51,124 nt of DNA from a virus. Shown piece after piece: positions 8,012-15,354 of this stretch. How positions within the stretch are numbered: the first letter of the stretch is position 1; each line of letters opens with the position of its first letter. The position numbers were made by a program, and so were the translations under genes. The notes beneath the pieces are model-generated. The model was given only the letters and a program-made list of their open reading frames with translations, did no database searches and was not told the DNA's origin. Location of the stretch: IMG/VR virus record IMGVR_UViG_3300048851_000137, positions 1-51,124 of that record; one strand, given 5' to 3'.

Positions 8012-8612
8012 TGCGGCCTCCAAATCGCGGGGTGCCTCGGGCGCCGAAGCTGCGGTAGAGCGTGCGGACCGCCACATTGAGTTGCGATGCGATCGCCGCG
8101 GCGGAGAGGTCGGGATTGGCCCAGGCGGCCCGCGCTTCCTGCAGCGCCTTGCCGGCCAGGGCAGGCCGCGGCCCGGCCGTGATGCCCAGCTCTGCGCGCC
8201 GGCCCCGGGCCTTGGCGGCTCTCTCCCGCTGCCCCTGGCTCTCTGCCCGTTCGGCCAGTGCGATGGCGCGCAGGGCGTCCGGATGCCAGCGCACCAGGTC
8301 GCCAGTCGCGGCGTCGCGCACCGATGCCCCGGCCGCCGTCACCTCGGTTAGGGCGCGCAGCACATCCGCCCGGGTGGCGCCCAGCCGCGCCGCGCTCTCT
8401 ACCACCAGCTCGTCACCCTCGCGCAGGGCCTTGATGGCAGCGGAGCGCGCAGGGGAGGGGTCGGCGCCGGCCTTCGGGCGCTTCGGCTGCCGGTCGATAT
8501 AGAGGGAGCCGGCGGTCAGGCTGGGCTCGGCAAGGCCGGCTGCTACCAGCGCGGCGTGCTGCTCATCCTCGCTCGCGCCGGCCTTGGTGATGCGGATGTA
8601 TCCGATCTGCAC
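8004..8612 (-). CDS. Serine recombinase (resolvase/invertase) homologue with degenerate active site
   Basis: MQIGYIRITK vs the family GYxRVSTxxQ (Thr at the nucleophile position). GDELVVESAARLGAT vs GDxLVVxxLDRLGR. C-terminal HTH AAIASQLNVAVRTLYRSF. Confidence 0.75.
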   Translation of the reverse strand: MQIGYIRITKAGASEDEQHAALVAAGLAEPSLTAGSLYIDRQPKRPKAGADPSPARSAAIKALREGDELVVESAARLGATRADVLRALTEVTAAGASVRDAATGDLVRWHPDALRAIALAERAESQGQRERAAKARGRRAELGITAGPRPALAGKALQEARAAWANPDLSAAAIASQLNVAVRTLYRSFGARGTPRFGGRNA

Positions 8613-8683
8613 GGTGTCACTCTCTAACTGGGTGGCAGATGACGGCGCTGGTGGCTCAGAGACTGGCAGTAGTCAGTGGACGC

Positions 8684-8881
8684 TTATGGTGTGGGTAGGG
8701 CGAGCAAAGCGCCGCAGAAAAGCGCCGCACGCCACAGCACAATCCACAGTACCGCGCCGATGCCGACACCGATCAGGATGCCACGCATGGGGATGTAAGG
8801 ATCGCCCAGGTGCTCTGGCACGGGCTCGCTCACGCGGCGGTAGGTGGCTCGGGCGGAGGCGAACGAAACAACGTTGGTCAT
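8684..8881 (-). CDS. Small membrane protein (65 aa)
   Basis: ATG 8881 with AGGAG 7 nt upstream. One hydrophobic span GILIGVGIGAVLWIVLWRAALFCGALLAL. Confidence 0.45.
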   Translation of the reverse strand: MTNVVSFASARATYRRVSEPVPEHLGDPYIPMRGILIGVGIGAVLWIVLWRAALFCGALLALPTP

Positions 8882-8981
8882 GACGGTCTCCTGAATGAGG
8901 TAAGAAATCGTGACTGAACTTCGGCTACTCACAACTGCTCAACTCGGCGAGATTGGACTTGGCGGGCGGAGAGTTAAAACG

Positions 8982-9362
8982 ATGGAGAAACGACCGGCCC
9001 GCATCCTTTATGTTGAGGATGAGGACTTGCTTCATTTCCTGATTATCGAAGAACTTGCAGACCAAGGCTTTCAGGTTCTGTCTGCCTGGAACGGAGACGA
9101 AGCAATCGGTATTATCAACAACGGTGTACCGTTTGATGTTTTGGTAACCGACGTTCGAATGCCGGGGTCTGCCAACGGTATCGATGTCGCAAAATACGTT
9201 CGAACTCACCATCCGGAATGCCCGATTATCATCGTGTCGGGCTACTTTGGTGATACAGGCGAGGATGTTCGGAACCTGATGCCGCCAGTGGTATTCCAAC
9301 CCAAGCCCTATCGCTTGACCGAGTTGGTCGACTGCATTCGTCAGATGACGACTACGCGCTAA
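8982..9362 (+). CDS. Stand-alone response-regulator receiver (CheY-like) domain protein
   Basis: MEKRPARILYVEDEDLL (acidic pocket), DVLVTDVRMPG (phospho-acceptor Asp), IIIVSGY, QPKPY (Lys). 126 aa, no output domain. Confidence 0.85.
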   Translation: MEKRPARILYVEDEDLLHFLIIEELADQGFQVLSAWNGDEAIGIINNGVPFDVLVTDVRMPGSANGIDVAKYVRTHHPECPIIIVSGYFGDTGEDVRNLMPPVVFQPKPYRLTELVDCIRQMTTTR

Positions 9363-9407
9363 GAGAGAGCGAGCAATCACTTGGCTTAGCTTTCTTGCAA
9401 ACGGGGG

Positions 9408-10334
9408 TTAGTGGTGGTGCGCCCGGGAAGCGTTCCACGCCTTCCACAGGTCTTCGATCAGCGCCTTCGACATGACGCGTCGGGCATCGTTATGCCGGTG
9501 TCCGAGGGTCCACTCGCGGGTCTCGGTGTGCGCCTTCCGCCGGGCGTAGATCTCGCCATAGGGGCCAGATGGCCCTGCGGGTTGATCTTCCTTCTCGGCA
9601 CGCCATTGATGGCGGAACATGCTGTCGGACAGCAGCGTCCAGACCTCGGCGCGGCGATGCGGGCTGTACCCGTGAGCTGCTGCGGCCTCGGCGCCTGCCT
9701 TGCGCTGCTGCCGCTCACCCTCGATCACGGCCAAGCCTAAGCGCTTCCACAGGCGTTCCTTCGTAGCGTAGTTGGAAAGGTCGCCAGACTCGCCAACGAT
9801 GATAGCTAAACCGAGATCGCCAAGTCCTTTGATCTGCGCAACCCAAGTCCACACGGGAAGGCTGCGGGCAATCTGGCGCATCTTCTTCTCGACCTGAGCC
9901 CGGTGCTTGTCCCATGCATCACGGGATTGGGCAGATAGGAGGATGATTGGGGTGAGGGAGGCGAGGGCACCGCCAGCAGGGTTCCCAACCATCAATTGGC
10001 CCTCGCCTCCCTTTTCCACCGCCTTTCGGGCCATGGAAGCTTTCTTGAACAACGCGACGCGTTGCTTCGCATCAAGGCTATTCGAGTATCCTAGATAGCG
10101 CGCGATCAGCGCCTCGGTAGAGCGGTCGCAACGGCTTTGCGATTTGATGCAGAACGTCCGCTGCGACTGAAGCTCCGCCAAGGCGCTGACCACCGGAGAC
10201 AGGTGCATGGTGGAGTTGGCTTGCGCACTTTCGGTGGCCTCTGTCTCGTTTAGTGCGGCGGGAGGGGGTGCCTCCGCGCCGCCGGGGGGCACGTCATCGG
10301 TGGTTGTCACGGATTCACTGGCCCCCCAACTCAT
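9408..10334 (-). CDS. IS110-family transposase C-terminal (Transposase_20-like) domain protein lacking the N-terminal DEDD/RuvC-like domain
   Basis: WVAQIKGLGDLGLAIIVGESGDLSNYATKERLWKRLGLAV...HGYSPHRRAEVW...ARRVMSKALIEDLWKAW resembles the HhH/Tnp domain of IS110 transposases. No GIDvsK-type N-terminus. ATGA overlap with the upstream gene. Confidence 0.55.
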   Translation of the reverse strand: MSWGASESVTTTDDVPPGGAEAPPPAALNETEATESAQANSTMHLSPVVSALAELQSQRTFCIKSQSRCDRSTEALIARYLGYSNSLDAKQRVALFKKASMARKAVEKGGEGQLMVGNPAGGALASLTPIILLSAQSRDAWDKHRAQVEKKMRQIARSLPVWTWVAQIKGLGDLGLAIIVGESGDLSNYATKERLWKRLGLAVIEGERQQRKAGAEAAAAHGYSPHRRAEVWTLLSDSMFRHQWRAEKEDQPAGPSGPYGEIYARRKAHTETREWTLGHRHNDARRVMSKALIEDLWKAWNASRAHHH

Positions 10335-11014
10335 TCATGGCCCGCACCTTGGGCCATGGCGTAAAGTGCCGCCGCATCGTCGGCTGTCCGGAACTTCCGG
10401 ATAGGCAGGCCGGGTGGCAGGTTTTGCGTCAGAAGCCGAATGAAGCGGGCATCGCGCTCACGGCTTGCGGCCCACTTCTCTGCTTCCTCCGAGGTCAGGT
10501 CGCCAATTGGGCGCCCATTGACTTGGAAGGTGTCAAGCAATGACGCCTGCGCCACGACGGCGATGGCCTCGATGCTAATGCTGGATTTGCGCGTGGGGCG
10601 GGCACCACGGTTCTGGCTGACATGACCTACTCGGCCCGCGCCCACGGCATTTCCGCTGTGCCACCTCCGCATCTCCGCCGCCAGCTCTTCCTGTCGATAA
10701 GCCTGCGCTGCCTCTGTCAAAAGGCGTTGAGCGGCCTGTGCCCTATAGGGCTGGAACATTTCCCAGAGCAGGTCAGCGTCGTTCTTTACCAGTCGGTAAA
10801 GCGCGTCTTTAGCCCCATCCCAGTTGCGAGGGGACTGCTTGATTGCTGCCATGGAAACCTCCTGCAGGCACTTGGCCTGGCGTTCGTCGGATCGCTCAAG
10901 TTCGGGCTGCGCGATTCCCTGCGGGTTGTCGAAAGCCGAGAGCAATACTGTCAGCAGACGATCCGCGACTGGTACATATCCGGCTGCAACCATTGCCTCA
11001 GCCATGACGGTCAT
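10331..11014 (-). CDS. Hypothetical early-left operon protein (227 aa)
   Basis: ATG 11014 with AGGAG 7 nt upstream. Stop overlaps the next start (ATGA at 10331-10334). Confidence 0.6.
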   Translation of the reverse strand: MTVMAEAMVAAGYVPVADRLLTVLLSAFDNPQGIAQPELERSDERQAKCLQEVSMAAIKQSPRNWDGAKDALYRLVKNDADLLWEMFQPYRAQAAQRLLTEAAQAYRQEELAAEMRRWHSGNAVGAGRVGHVSQNRGARPTRKSSISIEAIAVVAQASLLDTFQVNGRPIGDLTSEEAEKWAASRERDARFIRLLTQNLPPGLPIRKFRTADDAAALYAMAQGAGHE

Positions 11015-11034
11015 GGTCGTCTCCTGAATGGGCG

Positions 11035-11220
11035 TTAGCGCTGCGCGTTGCCGCTGATCAGCTGGGCATGTTTGCGGAGATCTTCCGCGATCTCGGCTCC
11101 TGTCGCCTGTGGCCGCTCTCTGGCCATCTTCTCGGCGGTAAGCAGCCCCTCAAGGTATGACCGCAGCGGCGGAGGGTCGCGATGCGGGCCGCCCGACGCA
11201 TCAGGGTGGGTGCTGTTCAT
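11035..11220 (-). CDS. Hypothetical early-left operon protein (61 aa)
   Basis: ATGA overlap with the upstream gene at 11217-11220. Confidence 0.5.
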   Translation of the reverse strand: MNSTHPDASGGPHRDPPPLRSYLEGLLTAEKMARERPQATGAEIAEDLRKHAQLISGNAQR

Positions 11221-11429
11221 TGGCCGGGCCTCCGAGGTGGGGTTTCATCGCCTAGGATTGCCGCGGCAATGGCCATGCGGTCCCAGGGGTTCATGGCGCG
11301 CATCGCAAGGAATGCTTGATCAAGCACCCCGCGGTAGACGGGAGCGGCACGTGCGGGCTCGTTGACCTGCCTGCACATCTGCTTCGCAAGCCGTGCTTTC
11401 ACATCGTCGGCTAAGGCCATCTTGGGCAT
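11217..11429 (-). CDS. Hypothetical early-left operon protein (70 aa)
   Basis: ATG 11429 overlaps the upstream stop (TGATG). MPKMALADDVKARLAKQMCRQV.... Confidence 0.5.
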   Translation of the reverse strand: MPKMALADDVKARLAKQMCRQVNEPARAAPVYRGVLDQAFLAMRAMNPWDRMAIAAAILGDETPPRRPGQ

Positions 11430-11938
11430 CAGCGCGCAGCCTGATGCGAGATCGTTGCCTCGGCATTGGGCCTGCGTAGCGACGCGTTGCGGCGTACACG
11501 CCGATAGCTGACGTGTGGCTCCAGCCGAAGCGATTGGGCCACGGCGGGCGTCATGCCCTTGTGGCCGCATGTGACGTCGCTGACCTGGCTTCGGCTGAGG
11601 CCATGCGCTCGCGCATACGCGGCCGGTCCTCCGGCGTCCCGCACGGCCTGATTCAGCATCACCATCGCTTCGCTGGCCGGTACCAGGGGGTCGAGACGTG
11701 CCGTCTGCGATAGTGATGGTTCGAAGCCCGGCAGCGCATCTCCGCCCAGCACCAGGCGGAAGCCGGCGGTCAAGGCTTTCACTATGGCGTTCGGTACTGG
11801 CCTAGCACTGTCGCCGACGCACCACCCCTGGCCATGACAGCGATGTAGCGTCTGTCCGGAGAGCAGGAGCAGCGCCAGCTCGGCGACCGTGGCAATCTGA
11901 GCCTGCCCGCTATCCTGGGTCATGCTGATCGTCGTCAT
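11429..11938 (-). CDS. Hypothetical protein with C-terminal HTH-like segment
   Basis: 169 aa. ATGA overlap at 11935-11938. AAYARAHGLSRSQVSDVTCGHKGMTPAVAQSL resembles phage HTH regulators. Confidence 0.55.
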   Translation of the reverse strand: MTTISMTQDSGQAQIATVAELALLLLSGQTLHRCHGQGWCVGDSARPVPNAIVKALTAGFRLVLGGDALPGFEPSLSQTARLDPLVPASEAMVMLNQAVRDAGGPAAYARAHGLSRSQVSDVTCGHKGMTPAVAQSLRLEPHVSYRRVRRNASLRRPNAEATISHQAAR

Positions 11939-12276
11939 GGGCCGGCCCTCCGGCTGCCGGAGGGCTGTCGGCGCAGCTGAGCGTGCAGGGCACGCGCGTC
12001 GGCTTCCGGCATCGCACAGCAGCGTGCGACCTCCTGGGGCGACAGGCCGGCGCGCAGCAGATCCTCGGCGTCAGTCCGCAGGCTGCGCGTGCGGCGCTGT
12101 GCGAGGCGTGCGGGCTCCAGCATGCCGGCCACATTCGGGGGAGGGGGCACGCCAGCAGCCAGGGCGTTGCGGATCACCGCAATGGCCGTTTGATACGCCG
12201 GCTGCCAATTCAGGAAGGCGCCGTCCTCACCGGCAAGGCGAACGCCCTGCGCAACCGACCAAAGGACGGCCATCAT
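11935..12276 (-). CDS. Hypothetical early-left operon protein (113 aa)
   Basis: Start moved to ATG 12276 (MMAVLWSVAQG...) because the upstream part of the 192-aa track ORF is Arg/Ala/Gly junk. Confidence 0.45.
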   Translation of the reverse strand: MMAVLWSVAQGVRLAGEDGAFLNWQPAYQTAIAVIRNALAAGVPPPPNVAGMLEPARLAQRRTRSLRTDAEDLLRAGLSPQEVARCCAMPEADARALHAQLRRQPSGSRRAGP

Positions 12277-12317
12277 GTCGGTCGCGGCGCGGCCGATCCC
12301 GTCGTGCGAGCCCGCCT

Positions 12318-12494
12318 TCACGGGGCAAACCCCATGATGGCCACGACCGCTCCTACAAAACACAGGAGGGCCAGCGCGCCCAGCACGCAGATACCGGCCA
12401 GAAGCCTGGCCGAAGGGACGCCGGGCGCCGGCGGCGCCGACGGTTCCCGCACCTTGTGCGGGTTGTCGTTCACGGCGGGCGGCAGCGGGCTCAT
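12318..12494 (-). CDS. Small membrane protein (58 aa)
   Basis: ATG 12494 in an ATGA overlap with the upstream stop. TM span LLAGICVLGALALLCFVGAVVAIMGF. Confidence 0.5.
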   Translation of the reverse strand: MSPLPPAVNDNPHKVREPSAPPAPGVPSARLLAGICVLGALALLCFVGAVVAIMGFAP

Positions 12495-12895
12495 CGCGCC
12501 GCCTCCACGCCACGGCGCGCCGTGCCGCGCTTGAAGTCGGGGAAGGCGACGTTCCCCCATCCGCCCGGCGGCTGCGGCATGACCGTGTCCATCGCCTCCT
12601 CCGCAGCCCGGGCGGACAGGGCCTGCTTGTGCAGGGTGTCCAGCCGGTCCAACAGCCAGCCGTCGGCGCCGGTCAGACCTGCCGACTTGACGGAGAGCAA
12701 CGTGGCGCTGAGGCGGGAGCCGGCCACGCGCAGCGGGGCGTACTCGGCGCCGTGCTGGGCGATCATGCGGCGTACGGTGCGGGCGATCTCATCGAGAATG
12801 ACCGCTAGGTCGTCGCAAGGGCGCGAGGGATCGCTTTCCTCAAGCGCGCATTCCAGGGCAGCGCGGGTGCGCAGCAGCAGTTCTGTGGTGATCAT
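12491..12895 (-). CDS. Hypothetical early-left operon protein (134 aa)
   Basis: ATGA overlaps at both ends (12892-12895 and 12491-12494). Confidence 0.6.
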   Translation of the reverse strand: MITTELLLRTRAALECALEESDPSRPCDDLAVILDEIARTVRRMIAQHGAEYAPLRVAGSRLSATLLSVKSAGLTGADGWLLDRLDTLHKQALSARAAEEAMDTVMPQPPGGWGNVAFPDFKRGTARRGVEAAR

Positions 12896-13095
12896 AGGAG
12901 CATCCCCCGGATCTCGGCGCGGAGGCGGTTGGCGGCATCCAGGGCGCGCTGCTGGCCATAGCCCTGCGGGACTGCCATCTGCGCCATGTCGTCCAGCGCC
13001 TCCAGGCTGCGGAGAAGGATGGTCGAGGGCTCACGCCGCAGCCGGACGCTGCGCTCCGCCTCCAGCGGGCCGGGAAGTTCGGACCGGTCCATCAC
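12892..13095 (-). CDS. Hypothetical early-left operon protein (67 aa)
   Basis: GTG/ATG start overlapping the upstream stop (GTGATGG at 13089-13095). Confidence 0.5.
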   Translation of the reverse strand: MMDRSELPGPLEAERSVRLRREPSTILLRSLEALDDMAQMAVPQGYGQQRALDAANRLRAEIRGMLL

Positions 13096-13358
13096 GCGGC
13101 CACCTGCGTGCGGGCCAGCAGCGTGTACCGGCGGCCGTTCTCCACGATGATGGCCTGGCTGCTATCCGCGAAGCAGACGACCTGTGCGCCGGACGGGAAG
13201 AACGGGGCAAAGTCCCCCGTATAGGGGGCGATGGTGGTGATCGTATCTATGCCCCAGTGGGTCTCGATGACGTCTCCGACCTGCAACTGGGAGCCGGGGC
13301 AGGTTAGGGCCGGCGCGGGTACCGCGCCCAGCAATGCCTGGGCAATTGTGCTCTGCAC
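13092..13358 (-). CDS. First gene of the early-left operon, hypothetical (88 aa)
   Basis: GTG 13358 with GGAGGA 6 nt upstream. Lies directly downstream of the operator cluster 13390-13442. Confidence 0.6.
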   Translation of the reverse strand: MQSTIAQALLGAVPAPALTCPGSQLQVGDVIETHWGIDTITTIAPYTGDFAPFFPSGAQVVCFADSSQAIIVENGRRYTLLARTQVAA

Positions 13359-13389
13359 GACTTCCTCCGCACGATGGGTGCGAAAGAAA

Positions 13390-13442
13390 GGTACCCTGAA
13401 GGTACATTAGCCTGCAAGGTATTTCGGTACCTCCTGGGTACC
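13390..13442. promoter_or_regulatory. Operator cluster O-left: GGTACCCTGAAGGTACA (13390-13406) and GGTACCTCCTGGGTACC (13426-13442)
   Basis: Pairs of GTAC cores spaced 11 bp apart. The first site is a near-exact inverted copy of 13872-13888. Located between the repressor gene 3' end and the early-left operon start. Confidence 0.65.
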
Positions 13443-13450
13443 TGGAAAGT

Positions 13451-13804
13451 TTATTTTTGTGGCGCCACTTTGTCGGGGCGGGTGCTTACCGCGATCGACG
13501 AGCCCAGGAGCGTCAAGACAGCCTCCCGTACATGCTGAGGGGCCTGTCTTAAGAGAAGGATGGCTTGGGCCTCCTCAGCCGATTCGGCGACTATCCGGCC
13601 ATCGTTGGACGGAGCACCAAGAAGCTCGTCCAGGCTCAGTCTATAGAACACCGCTAGCGCCTCCAGGTTATCCCGCCCCGGCTTCTTGGTGCCCTTCTCC
13701 CACTGGCTGACAGTAGGGCGCGAAACACCGATAGCAGCCGCAACCTCGTGTTGACCTAATTTGCGGTGTTCTCTTTCTGTTCGCAAGCGTTGTGCAATGC
13801 TCAT
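13451..13804 (-). CDS. CI-like XRE-family repressor without a peptidase (S24) domain
   Basis: 117 aa from ATG 13804. MSIAQRLRTEREHRKLGQHEVAAAIGVSRPTVSQWEKGTKKPGRDNLEALAVFYRLSLDELLG is a classic HTH_3. Divergent from the Cro-like gene. No SD upstream. Confidence 0.8.
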   Translation of the reverse strand: MSIAQRLRTEREHRKLGQHEVAAAIGVSRPTVSQWEKGTKKPGRDNLEALAVFYRLSLDELLGAPSNDGRIVAESAEEAQAILLLRQAPQHVREAVLTLLGSSIAVSTRPDKVAPQK

Positions 13805-13847
13805 CCGGCGATTGTGCGCGAAACCGATTTCTGATGGGTGCCTATAG

Positions 13848-13888
13848 GGTACCTTTCCGCTTGCGCTCTTCTGTACCCTCAGGGTACC
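13848..13888. promoter_or_regulatory. Operator cluster O-right in the cI/cro intergenic region: GGTACC (13848-13853) and TGTACCCTCAGGGTACC (13872-13888)
   Basis: The reverse complement of 13872-13888 is GGTACCCTGAGGGTACA, one mismatch from 13390-13406. Confidence 0.65.
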
Positions 13889-13897
13889 TTCGCTCCC

Positions 13898-14125
13898 ATG
13901 AGCGCCATCCAAGATGCAATTACGGTAGCCGGGGGTATGAGGCCGCTCGCCAAGCGGTTGGGCGTTAGTCATCAGACGGTGCTTAAGTGGAAGAAGCGCG
14001 TTCTCCGCATCACTGCGGAGCGCGCCATTGCTCTTGAAGGCGAGGTGGGGATCTTCCGGGGGCGTTTTCGCCCGGATCTTTGGCCGACCGAGGAAGGGCA
14101 GCCGCACTCGGAACGTGCCGCATGA
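13898..14125 (+). CDS. Cro/YdaS-like DNA-binding protein
   Basis: 75 aa from ATG 13898. AIQDAITVAGGMRPLAKRLGVSHQTVLKWKKR...ERAIALE fits YdaS/Cro-type HTH proteins. Confidence 0.7.
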   Translation: MSAIQDAITVAGGMRPLAKRLGVSHQTVLKWKKRVLRITAERAIALEGEVGIFRGRFRPDLWPTEEGQPHSERAA

Positions 14126-14334
14126 TTCGGCGGCGGTTCCTCTTCATCGTGGCGCTGGGACTGATGGGGACGATCTGCCCCAAACCCAGGGCGAGTGTCG
14201 CCAGGACGCGGATCGTGCCAGGTACTTTGGCCGTGCGTGACTTCGATGCGTTCGAAGATTCGTGCCTCGAAGGTTGGATGATTACGAAGGCTTTTGCACA
14301 CTTCGTGCTGCCTCGCGAACGATCTTCGCCATGA
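14122..14334 (+). CDS. Possible small secreted/lipoprotein-like protein (70 aa)
   Basis: ATGA overlap with the cro-like stop. MIRRRFLFIVALGLMGTIC is signal-peptide-like. Overlaps the 3' end of the convergent ORF 14282-14647, so one of the two may be spurious. Confidence 0.3.
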   Translation: MIRRRFLFIVALGLMGTICPKPRASVARTRIVPGTLAVRDFDAFEDSCLEGWMITKAFAHFVLPRERSSP

Positions 14335-14647
14335 GTTCGACCTGCCGTTCAAAGCCCCGAGCCCGTTCTGGCTGGCCCGATTGTTCGAGCGTGCCCAACA
14401 GGCCAGGGAGGTGCTGCTCGATCTTGCGCAGCATGTCATCCCGTCCCTGTAGAGCTGGAGTTCCCATCGCGAAGCCGCGCAGCGAACCGACTTCAACGAG
14501 GATCACGGCGATGGCCAGAGCGAGCGCATCGCAGCGGCCCGCCAAATCGGCGTTGGTGTCATTGGGCATCGAATCCACCATCGATTGTGTTGCAACTCCG
14601 ATGTTGGATGGCGCCAGCCATTCCGGCAACGGTCTGGCTGGCGCCAA
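14282..14647 (-). CDS. Hypothetical protein on the opposite strand between cro and the replication genes
   Basis: The 121-aa translation looks protein-like (ALALAIAVILVEVGSLRGF...MLRKIEQHLPGLLGTLEQ), whereas the overlapping plus-strand ORF is Ser/Arg/Cys-rich junk. Start uncertain. Confidence 0.4.
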   Translation of the reverse strand: MAPARPLPEWLAPSNIGVATQSMVDSMPNDTNADLAGRCDALALAIAVILVEVGSLRGFAMGTPALQGRDDMLRKIEQHLPGLLGTLEQSGQPERARGFERQVELMAKIVREAARSVQKPS

Positions 14648-14919
14648 TGTCTTTTCCGAGCAGGGCGGCTGAGCGATGTCCGCCGCCGAAACCCGTCGGC
14701 CGGATCGCTGGCCCGATGCCTGCCCGACCCTTCATCGCCCGGCGCCGATGGGCTGCCATGGCGTTACCGGCTGTCTGCTGGCAAGCGCCGCACGACAGGC
14801 CCCTGAAAACGACGACAGCCGGGCGTTGGCGCGCCCGGCCATCAGTGCCGTCCAGTTCCGTTCCGAAGTTCACTCGCTCTCTCTCCATGGATCGAACCCT
14901 ATCCATGGAGGCTTGCGAG

Positions 14920-15300
14920 ATGTCGCAGATGTCCAACACGAACGCGCAAAAAGGTTGCGAGGCTAAGATGAGCGGCAACGTCGAGAGCATGCGATGCGTC
15001 CTGCGCGAGATCGCCGAGGGTCAGCAGGCCCCCACGACGCAGCGCGCTATCGAGATGGTCGCCCGCCTCATCGGCTTCACCTACCGCCGCACCTACGGCC
15101 TGTATTACGGCACGGCTCGCTCCGTCAGTGCCGAGGAATGGATCGCTGCCCAGAACGCGCGAATGAAGCAGCGTCGCGCACGCCGCGATCGTCTCCGCGC
15201 CGAGCTGGCAGCTCTCGAAATGTCCTTGGGAGACCAGGATGCGACACATCTGGAAATGGGGCGCGGAGCTTTTTGGGTTGATCGGCGATCGAGCCCATGA
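14920..15300 (+). CDS. Hypothetical early-right protein (126 aa)
   Basis: ATG 14920 is 8 nt after GGAGG. The C-terminal basic coiled-coil-like segment is AAQNARMKQRRARRDRLRAELAALE. Confidence 0.5.
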   Translation: MSQMSNTNAQKGCEAKMSGNVESMRCVLREIAEGQQAPTTQRAIEMVARLIGFTYRRTYGLYYGTARSVSAEEWIAAQNARMKQRRARRDRLRAELAALEMSLGDQDATHLEMGRGAFWVDRRSSP

Positions 15301-15354
15301 CGCAGCCCAGTACTGCAGCGACAGGTTCGAGCGACTGGTAGGGAAGGGAAAACA

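Noticed and set aside
8004-8612. Recombinase-like gene as the phage integrase or as an invertase of a tail-fibre switch
   Set aside because: The catalytic Ser, Asp and Arg positions appear substituted, its ~200-aa size is that of a small resolvase rather than a large serine integrase, and I found no inverted repeats bracketing the tail-fibre genes.
11922-13307. 461-aa plus-strand ORF across the early-left operon
   Set aside because: The translation is Arg/Pro/Ala/Gly junk. The opposite strand carries a chain of translationally coupled genes (ATGA overlaps, SD sequences).
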